Shown one piece after another: positions 38,801-47,463 of a DNA stretch of 64,000 nucleotides. Made by a program: the position numbers and the translations under genes. Below the pieces are notes generated by a model. The model was not told the origin of the DNA. It did no database searches and saw nothing but the letters and a program-made list of their open reading frames with translations. Every line of letters starts with the position of its first letter. The stretch's first letter is position 1. Where the stretch lies: the NCBI GenBank assembly GCA_038087875.1, contig CM075988.1, positions 26,228,001 to 26,292,000 on the forward strand, written 5' to 3'. Source of the stretch: Malacoraja senta (Eukaryota).

Positions 38801-41800
38801 ACAAGGAGTCCTCCCCTGTTTTTATAAGTATCAGGGAGGGTGGTTGTAGGCAAGAGATCGTGTGAAAGAACATCCTGAAATATGAATGCGCAGAGTTAGC
38901 ACAGGAAATGTCCGCAATGAGGATGCTTCTTGAGAGAGTTAGCTTGCCTGATAATGTGTTGATGAGTCTGGTTATTGATTCCCAGGTATGGACATGATGA
39001 AGAACCTATCCCTGTGTCACACTGTACAGGGATACCCCACTGCTACTGTGACCTGACTGAGCAGACATGGGATGTCAACATTACCTACTTTGCCAGTGTC
39101 AGAAGTGTGATTGGCAACACAAGCTCGACATGGGAACGGACGATGTTCAAACCCTTCGATTCCAGTAAGTGACCTCTCAACCCACAGTGACTGTTACATC
39201 AATCATCTCTAGTGCCCACTACTCTTATGGAACAGTTTTTAATCAAAGATGACAGCTTGAAATATTTCTGCAAATCTGGTGATTGATGATAACTTTTAAG
39301 TTGCTTTGTTATGAGTTATACCTTTTTTTTTAAAATTCACTGCTGAGGTTGATATCCATGGCACAAGTTGAGAACACAGCTTTTGTCTCACTTTCAAGAT
39401 CGGTCTGGGATTATAATCTCTCGATCTACTCTATCCTAACCAAAGGTTAACCAAAAACCGAAAGGCTGCCTGATGTTTTTGCTTTGTAAGCATTGATACT
39501 AACAGAAGCTACGACTCTTGCCTCCAGCTAGCGTGACACAGTTAATTGTGGGAGGTGGACTGTGTGTGCAACAAGACCTACATATTGTGGAGGAAGGAAC
39601 TGCAGATGCTGGTTTAAACTGAAAATAGACATAAAAGTTTGGAGTAACTCAGCAAGTCAGACAGCATCTCTGGAGAGAAGGAATGGGTGACGTTTCCGGT
39701 CGAAACCCTTCTTCAGACTGATGTCAGGGGAGTGGGTGGTACGGAGATAAAAGACTAGTCAGAGAACTGGGAAGAGGGAGGGGATGGAAAGAGAGGGAAA
39801 GCAAGGTCTACTTGAAGTCAGACAGCATCTCTGGAGAAAAGGCATAGGTGAAGTTTTGGGTCAAGACCTTCAGACTGAGAGTCAGGGGAGAGGGAACTGA
39901 GCAGAAAGGGAAGGGAGAGAGACTGAGTCGCTCATACTCACTGACATGCTCCGTCTTATAAACATGGCAAGTATATTTACACTCACTGACACGTCCAGAC
40001 CAGAATACGCATTGATATTTACATAGATATCATCATTGACATCCATAGTCATTGACGTGCAGGCTCACTGATGTAAACACTGCCACATTCACCTATGGAC
40101 ATCAGGCACTGACAGGTTTGCTCATCAATGCACACCTATGGAAACATTCACCATGAATATCCATACTCATTCATTGGCACATTAATACTTACAGGTTAAT
40201 TCATTTTCATTTTGTATGTGGACCAAAATCTAATTTTGGATTTCATTTCCTTTCAGCCTTGTTGGGTTTGCCATCCTTTGTTACCGAAGTGGAGCATGAC
40301 GTGATTACAGTCCGACTCTTCCCGCCCACCCTGTACACAGCAAAGAGAAACAGGTCGATGGGGGACGTGTACCCACAGGAATTGAAGTACATCATTTATG
40401 TCCATGCGAATGACACTGACAGGGTAAGACCTTGTGGATCTCTGCCAATCTCTGCGACGGTTAATAATGACAATGGTAATTCTCATAAATTTGATGATTG
40501 CTGATGACAAATTTACACATTGCTGCCCCATCCCTGCCCTCGTAGTCAAACAGCCACCTACATCTCCCCACTCACTCCTGACAGGGCTGTAGCAAAATCC
40601 TCCTGTTGCTTGCCCTGATGATTGTTTCTCAAGAGCGAGTCATCCCAGGAGTGTAAGGCACAGTTGGGCAGTCAGTTACCTGCACGACCCTGCAGCTGAG
40701 CATTGCTAGGCCCACACTGGTTTTGGTCTACTGGGCTTCTTTAATACTAATAAATTGAATGCATACAGAGCTTCAACATAGCTAATGTGTTTCCGGCTCA
40801 TGTTCCAACAGACTGAGAAAATTCACAGTTCGGGAGCACCGGTCAAAACTACCATGCGACCAGGGAATATCTATTGCATCAGCGTCAGAGTACATTTGCA
40901 CGGAGACTCGAGGAAAAGCAACATTACAGAAGAGACATGTATCAAAATCCCAACTCCTAATCCAGGTAATGTATCGCATTAATCGTAATCATAATCATAA
41001 TTAATTTATTAGCCAAGCATGGTTTGCAACATACAAAGAATTTGACTAATATAAATGTTAGTGGCGTCTCAGGAGCCTGTTGTTAGTTTAGTTTGACAAG
41101 ATTAGTCTGGCATAACAGTTAGAACAGAGCCAAGTGAATTTCGTCCAGACAGATTGAGAAAGGTTTTGCCTCCCATTCTGGTCTATCGTGCTGAGTTGAA
41201 AAGTCAGTAAATGAATCAATTCCTGTCAGAAACTGCTTGAACATTTCCAATTTTGAAGTTTTCTTTTCTTTGGCCTACTAATGTTCCTAGAAAACCTGTT
41301 AGGAAACAATGGACTTAAGATCTTATCTCAGTGGAAAGACCAAGAAAAGAATGTAAAAAGTGCAAAATGAAAAACTACTTGGCCCGTCCAAATAGATTAC
41401 AGTATAAATGCTGGGAGCCAAAGGGGATGTGAATTTGTGAAGTATTTAACTGTGACGCAGTTAGTAACACTTCCTGTTTGAAGTCAGCCCCTTTGTCACA
41501 GTGCCTACTTTGCCATTACACTTACTTACAATTTAACAGGAAGCCAAGCTGAATAGGAATCTGATGGATAAAGACAACAGTGGCATGAAAGTCACTAGAT
41601 AACACATATCTCGTCTTGCTTAATTATATGATAAAACACTTCTCATTATAGAACAGGGTGATGTATTTGGCAGCGCTTTGATTCATAACCATTTCTGGGG
41701 CAACATATATTTTCACATTGACTTCATAAACAAAACAATAAATGCTAAGTCCATGTCCATGCAAAACCCCCTTGTAATAAAGGTCTTGGAGCAAGAAGCA

Positions 41801-44475
41801 TAGACTGGGTTGACGTGGCCTGAAATATGTGGAAGTATCGGGCTGGTTTAGGGATTATGAACAGATTATAACAGGGTAGTTTGGAACAGGGATGGGTGGG
41901 ATGTCTGAGGGTGATAGATTGTTATCCACAAAGAACAAAAGTACCCAGGCAAATGGAGATAAGATTTGGATCAACGTTGATCTCATTGAATTGCAGATGA
42001 ATCTCAAGGGCCTGAATTAAGATTTTATTATGTTGTCATTCCTACTGATAATTAGTGGCCTTTTATTTTCCAGATGTGGAGACTTTGATCAAGACTGTCG
42101 TTGGAGTCATTAGTGCTACCATCACACTGTTTGTTCTCTGCTTCTGCCTGGCCATGTTCTGCCGGTATTATTTGAAGGAACGAAGAATGACTCCAGCTGT
42201 CCTGGTAAGTTCTCCTCTCACTCACTCACAGTTTAGCAAACCATTATATCCAAATTAATTACTGCCAAGAACTCTGATCTAATCTCTCACCTCCAGAGTG
42301 AGCCCAGTGGCATAACTCTACCCTGACTCCACGCCAACCCATTCCTATTGTTGGCTATCCTCCATACCCCAAACCTGCCCGCCCTCCTGCTCCTCTGACT
42401 GACTATTTAGTGCCCCCTGTATTTCCATCAGGGTTACTAAACTAGATCAAGAAAACTAGCAGAATTTAGCATAGTTTAGTTTAGAGATACAGCGTGGAAA
42501 CAGGCCCTTCGGCCCACCGAGTCTGTACCGACCAGCGATCCCCGCACACTAACACTATCCTGCAAACACTGGGGACAAATGCGTACAGGGTAATGTTAAT
42601 GTCACTGTTTTTTTGTATGTATTAAAAATAAAGAGCCGCTTACAGCTACATAAGCAGTTTCCACATCCCTTTCAGAATGACCCCGTGTGCGTTTACCAGA
42701 TAGTAACGTCACGGTGTTAATCCTCACGCCTGGTTTGCTAGCTCAGTATGGGAACATTGATGATTAATAATCTGGATGAGTAATTGACAATTTGCAAATC
42801 TGAGTTTATTATTCACCCGGGTGTTAATCATACACAGCATTAGGGCAACAGGGGCAAGACCAGCAATGTTCATTTCTACTTCCCTTTGAGACATGTACAT
42901 CTGGGGGAAAAAAGCTATGCTTAGAAACTACTATGAAGCAGTAGGATCGTACAAACGTAACTGGGTCACGTGAGTCTGTCAGAGAAGGAAACGCGTCGTT
43001 TTAATCTACGTAGGGTTTATGAGTAACTGCAGCTTGGATTGGACTTCCTGGTGGTGTAGTAAAGGAAGCTGGTACAGACAGTGGCTCAGCTGGTAGAGCT
43101 GCTACCCTCCAGTGCCCAACTTGCCCACGCCAACCAACATGCCCCATCTACACTAGACATGTCCCATCTATTGCCCCATCTACACTAATGCCCCATCTAC
43201 ACTAATGCCCCATCTACACTATTGCCCCATCTACACTAATGCCCCATCTACACTAATGCCCCATCTACACTATTGCCCCATCTACACTAATGCCCCATCT
43301 ACACTATTGCCCCATCTACACTAGACATGCCCATCTACACTAATGCCCCATCTACACTAGACATGCCCATCTACACTAATGCCCCATCTACATTAATGCC
43401 ACATTTACACTAATGCCCCATCTACACTAATGCCCCATCTACATTAATGCCGCATTTACACTAATGCCCCATCTACACCAATGCCCCATCTACACTAATG
43501 CCCCATCCACACTAGACATGCCGCATTTACACTAATGCCCCATCTACACCAATGCCCCATCTACACTAATGCCCCATCTACACTAGACATGTCTCATCTA
43601 CACTAATGCCCCATCCACACTAGACATGCCCCATCTACTCCGGTACACAACACTCTTTACCTTGATGCAGGAATGTTCATAATGTTCAGATGGAATCACG
43701 TTGGTGAATGAGGTTTAGGCTGCATTCAGACCTGATGGTGGATTTGCATGGTCTATACCTGGCACCTCAGGATAGGCTCGAAGCCGGGCTGAAAGGTTTT
43801 GGCTTCCCTCATTGTGGTTCAGCAGATTTCCCATCTTGTGTTCTCCGTTGCGTTGCTTTGCATTTGCATTCACAATTAAACTGTTATTTCCTTTCACAGG
43901 AAACCTTTGGAAAGAACAGGAAGTTTTTGAGCAAAATGGACTACCTGAGTTTAACAGAGGATGTGGTGGTACAGAAGGTGATTGCTGACGATGCTCATCA
44001 CAGTGTCACCAAGATTCTGGACCAGGATGACCCATGGCCGGAGCAGAAGATGAGGGAGGCATCCTCCGTGGACAGTGGGATCGATATTGGCAGCCACTCG
44101 CCTGGGCGGATAGTTTTGATTGGTGAGGTTATGAACCTCTACAGGCAGCAAACGCCAGACTCCAGTGGTGTCCAGAGCACGAACTCCAGCAGTGTCCAGA
44201 GCACTGACTCTGAGTGTGGGCAGACCAGTTCTCAGCCCATCAGTGTCTGCTCGGTACACATCCCGGCTGCAAGCCCGGACCTAGGCGACTGCACTGGGGG
44301 CTATCAGAGGCAGATGCCCAGGGTTAACGATGACTCAGTGGCAGCAATGAGCAGTGTCATGCCAGAGCCTGCCCCAGACTGCACCATTTCAATATCAGGC
44401 ATCACTGTGGCACAAGACTTTACAAACAAATTTCTTACTTTAGGTGACATCATGTTAAAGGATAATGAACTTTAA
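29757..44475 (+). CDS. IL10RA: Interleukin-10 receptor alpha-like class II cytokine receptor, about 460 aa; join(29757-29805,35378-35504,38986-39164,40257-40423,40812-40965,42074-42204,43900-44475)
   Basis: Seven exons with class II receptor intron phases 1,2,1,0,1,0. FNIII motifs FNSVNTENIFHW, YDVQY, CDLT and YCISV...C; TM; box1 PAVL; DSGIDIGS (human DSGIDL); YRQQ and GYQRQ (human GYLRQ/GYLKQ). A convergent SMIM35-like neighbour matches the human locus. Confidence 0.85.
30905..31550 (-). mobile_element. CR1 3' end (minus) with a nested plus-strand CR1 3' end (about 30990-31165)
   Basis: Minus-strand peptide EGVHCRFTRFIPGMAGLTYDEGMGRLGLYSLEFRRMRGDLIET; 3' UTRs in both orientations. Confidence 0.8.
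32292..34120 (+). mobile_element. 5'-truncated CR1 LINE, ORF2 with a few stops and a frameshift
   Basis: Consecutive ORFs 32289-34029 are collinear with the 16856-19046 element; CR1 3' UTR and tail. Confidence 0.93.
35378..35504 (+). CDS. IL10RA: IL10RA-like exon 2 (FNIII D1a)
   Basis: tttacag|CAG|CTG; AELILQPPLYPHFNSVNTENIFHWSPAENGPQHIRYDVQYH; |gtaaga. Confidence 0.9.
36170..36725. mobile_element. Cluster of Penelope-type units: tandem 66-bp copies (minus), an internal fold-back junction and a plus-strand copy
   Basis: Repeated gtgctggagtaactcagcgggtcaggcagcatctgtggagaacatggataggtgacgtttcacaga; junction 36283-36407 nearly identical to that at 27743-27866. Confidence 0.8.
38440..38745 (-). 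mobile_element. HE1-type V-SINE
   Basis: Reverse-strand tRNA-like head, V domain and gggcctgtttcc tail. Confidence 0.75.
38986..39164 (+). CDS. IL10RA: IL10RA-like exon 3 (FNIII D1b)
   Basis: ccag|GTATGGA; YGHDEEPIPVSHCTGIPHCYCDLTEQTWDVNITYFASVRSVIGNTSSTWERTMFKPFDS; |gtaagt. Confidence 0.92.
39590..39920 (-). mobile_element. Tandem Penelope-type terminal-repeat fragments
   Basis: Two copies of the gcatctctggaga...cttcagactga unit; the reverse strand includes an ORF-end-like ACTTCAAGTAG followed by a pyrimidine tract. Confidence 0.7.
40257..40423 (+). CDS. IL10RA: IL10RA-like exon 4 (FNIII D2a)
   Basis: tttcag|CCTTG; LLGLPSFVTEVEHDVITVRLFPP...MGDVYPQELKYIIYVHANDTDR; |gtaaga. Confidence 0.9.
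40812..40965 (+). CDS. IL10RA: IL10RA-like exon 5 (FNIII D2b)
   Basis: aacag|ACTGAG; TEKIHSSGAPVKTTMRPGNIYCISVRVHLHGDSRKSNITEETCIKIPTPNP; |gtaatg. Confidence 0.9.
42074..42204 (+). CDS. IL10RA: IL10RA-like exon 6 (TM and box1)
   Basis: ttccag|ATGTG; VETLIKTVVGVISATITLFVLCFCLAMFCRYYLKERRMTPAVL; |gtaagt. Confidence 0.92.
43139..43640. repeat. 17-bp minisatellite (ATGCCCCATCTACACTA)n
   Basis: About 500 bp of directly visible tandem units, with variants, in IL10RA-like intron 6. Confidence 0.95.
43900..44475 (+). CDS. IL10RA: IL10RA-like exon 7 (cytoplasmic domain)
   Basis: tttcacag|GAAACC; 191 aa containing DSGIDIGS, YRQQ and GYQRQ; TAA at 44473-44475. Confidence 0.9.
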   Translation, partial: ETFGKNRKFLSKMDYLSLTEDVVVQKVIADDAHHSVTKILDQDDPWPEQKMREASSVDSGIDIGSHSPGRIVLIGEVMNLYRQQTPDSSGVQSTNSSSVQSTDSECGQTSSQPISVCSVHIPAASPDLGDCTGGYQRQMPRVNDDSVAAMSSVMPEPAPDCTISISGITVAQDFTNKFLTLGDIMLKDNEL

Positions 44476-44719
44476 GCAAAAGATCTTCATATTTAACATT
44501 CTGAAAGTGATTACCGTGCGTTTTATAATTAACTATTTATTAAAAAAAACTTCATTTCTTCCACCCATTGTAATTTGATTTATTTCTAGAAGCTCCTTGA
44601 TAAACCATGATTTCAACACATCACAAAGCTGGAGGCTGCTCAAGCTATCCACAAGGGCACAAATTCAAATCTTCATTCAATTCTAGACACGAGCATCACA
44701 ATCAGAGCATTGCCACCAC

Positions 44720-45630
44720 AGGGTCAGAATGCTCAGGACCCACTGCTGAGGTGTGAACATATAACCTGACGTTCTCTCTGACATGAAGGTGCTGAACCTT
44801 GGAATAGACAGCACCCTAGGGGGACGGTCTGTTCTCTCAGGTAGACTAGTAGATCTCCTCGATCTGAGTACTTCCTGCCCTGATACCCTGGCTGATATTT
44901 ATCCCTAACCAACATCTGAAGAAGGGTCCTGACCCCAAACGTCACCTATCCACGTTCTCCAGAGATGCTGCCTGACCCGCTGAGTTACTCCAGCACTTTG
45001 TGTCTTTTTACAGTGAAACAATTAACTGGGCATTATATCTTAGGAGCTTGATCTGTACAAATTGGCGCACACCAGACCACAGGTTCATGCCAGAACATTT
45101 CTACATTTATAGCAATAGCTCTATTCCAAAATCACAACTAGTTGCAAAGTACTTGCTGGTGAGATGTAGCTCAGGGCTAGTATAAATGCAAGGCATCAGT
45201 CTTTTTCTTATGTTCAAATGATTAAACAAATATTGAATTAAAAACATTTGCACTCTGGCAAATCAATCTCAGAAATGGGAAAAATGTAAACTACCTGCCC
45301 AATGTTTCTCACAAAACTCTGAGGTGGTGAAAGATATCAAGAAGACCCATTGCACCAATGTCAAAGATAACTCACTCACTCCTTTTATGAGCTTGTAGCG
45401 ACTCTAGAGTGGTCACTGTTGGGGGAAATGCAGGAGCCATTTTGTGCCAAGTAAGCCCAGATCAGTACTTTACCAGATCTGTTTCTGTAATAGTGTATTA
45501 TTATTTTTATTATTAATATATGGATAAATATTGGCCAGAATTATCCCTCTTCATTGTCCTCTTAAAACTTACTCTGGGGTATTTTATTTCTCCCCAAGAG
45601 GAAAGGTGGGGCCTCAGTTTAAACTCCTAG
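44720..45630. mobile_element. Two DeuSINE-like relics in opposite orientation (+ about 44720-45195, split by a Penelope-type unit; - about 45390-45630)
   Basis: ccctggctgatatttatccct...tataaatgcaag on +, and ggataaatattggccag...ggggcctcagtttaa as the reverse complement. Confidence 0.5.
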
Positions 45631-45982
45631 CCAAAGGCGGGCACAGATAAAGCTCTGCTGTCCAGCTGGGCCAGTCTGGAGGAGACGCCTAGTCTCAAGT
45701 AGTCTTGGCCTCCAATCAGCTGGCCATTACCGAGGCAAGGCTGGCTCGCGTCCTCGCGGGCAGGCATTGATGGCAACGTCTTTGCCCCGTCACTGACCTT
45801 ATCCAGAGAGTGGGACAACCCAGATTCACCAAAACCAAAGCTGTGAACTGACTAATTATGAATGAGCAGGAACTCTGGAACTTCTTGAACTTGTACAAGG
45901 TGCAGAATGAATGGCAGAAGCTTACGGCTCCACTCTGGGTTATGTACGCCTCACATGGACACTCCGTACACACAGCCGAGCA

Positions 45983-46357
45983 GCTATTGAGGGAGCGCAG
46001 CGTAGGTTCAACAGGTTAATTCCCGGGATGGCGGGACTGACATATGGTGAAAGAATGGGTCGACTGGGTTTGTATTCACTGGAATGTCCAAGTCACTCTG
46101 CACCCTCAATGCTATGAGGATGCAGGGTGACTTGGGCAGGTTGGGTGAGTGGTCAGATGCAGTATAATGTGGATAAATGTGAGGTTATCCACTTTGGTGG
46201 CAAGAACAGGAAGGCAGATTATTATCTGAATGGTGTCAAGTTAGGAAAAGGGGAAGTACAACAAGATCTGGGGGTCCTTGTTCATCAGTGACTGAAAGTA
46301 AGCATGCAGGTACAGCAGGCAGTGAAGAAAGCGAATGGCATGTTGGCCTTCATAACA
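45983..46357 (+). mobile_element. Rearranged CR1 RT fragment
   Basis: AIEGAQRRFNRLIPGM segment precedes the normally upstream MQGDL...KKANGMLAFIT segment. Confidence 0.8.
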
Positions 46358-47306
46358 AATTTAACAAACAAACTGGTCATTCCTTCTTCTCCCTGCTGCT
46401 GTGAGGCGAATGGTACAGAAATCTGCACCACCAGACGGAGCTACAACTCCTTCTCACTCTGCACTTTTGTTGTAGATTGTCCGGTTGTGTTACTCCAGTA
46501 CTTTGTGCCTTGTTTTGTAAACCGGCATCTGCGGTTCTTTGGGGATAAACCAATATTGCTAATGTTATATGCAGTAGTACCAATATCTCCCTTTTTCCCT
46601 GAACTCATGTTGCCTCCTGGGAGAGTGGACCTTTCCTTGTGCGGGGGGTCACCCTCGGGAGTTGGGGTCATGAGGACCAGTGGGTCTATTGTCCAACCAA
46701 GGAGTTGTTCTGAAGTCCTGACCTCCCTTTCTTTTGCAGCAGGTGACTCAAATCCCACCCACCTTTTTCAAAGGTCATTGTAAAAGCCACTAATAAAGAG
46801 CCGTGATCTTGTATATTGGTCTCTTTTTATTTTGTGTCTCTGGAATTCTTGACTCTCAATACATCTCACCAAAGCTAAGAAATCTGGTTATGGTGTAACT
46901 GGGGCGCAGGCACTGAATCCTGCCGAGGTGAAACAAGAATTTGGTTTTCTTTTGGGAGGAGGAGGGGTGGGGGGGGAGATGGAGCATGAATTACAGTAAA
47001 CCCTTGCTATGGTGAACCACACTTGTGGGGGGCAGGGGGGGGGGTGGGTTGGGGGCAGTTGAGAGGGAGGAGGGAGGTAGTGCCTGTTATTGCCAATGTT
47101 CTGCTACAACCAAATAAGGGGCTTAATTTGTACTATACACTTGGAAAAAACAGCAAATAAACATACAATAAATAAACAGTAAGGGGCACCAAATATACCA
47201 TGCCTTGTAGTGGCACAGTGGCACTGCAGTCGAGGAATGTCTATCTGTGATTGAAATTCTTGATTCTCTGCATTTCTTTGCAAAACGAGCTGTGATTTGG
47301 TGAGAA

Positions 47307-47463
47307 TTACGGCTCATCCTCTTCAGTCCCATTGCGCCCCCAGTCCCCTCCCTTCATATTGCGATACTGGAACTGGTGGTCTGAGCTGCGATTTCCCACA
47401 CTGTTCATCATCCCACTGACAGTAAACGGGGGGTGAAACTCCAGCTGGATGGCGTTCAGCTCC
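47307..47463 (-). CDS. SMIM35: SMIM35-like last coding exon
   Basis: tttttacag|GGAGCTG; ELNAIQLEFHPPFTVSGMMNSVGNRSSDHQFQYRNMKGGDWGRNGTEEDEP*. Confidence 0.8.

Noticed and set aside
43139..43640. CRISPR-like appearance of the tandem arrays (also 47815-48287 and 62085-62365)
   Set aside because: No unique spacers, no cas genes, eukaryotic context.
43708..43899. N-terminal part of the 255-aa ORF
   Set aside because: Intronic read-through upstream of the acceptor at 43899.
45858..45995. Short ORF MNEQELWNFLNLYKVQNEW...
   Set aside because: No recognised homology or clear splice context; it runs into a CR1 fragment.
44500..47306. SECIS element for the SMIM35-like UGA
   Set aside because: No convincing AUGA-AA-GA stem seen by eye near the stop; not excluded without SECISearch.
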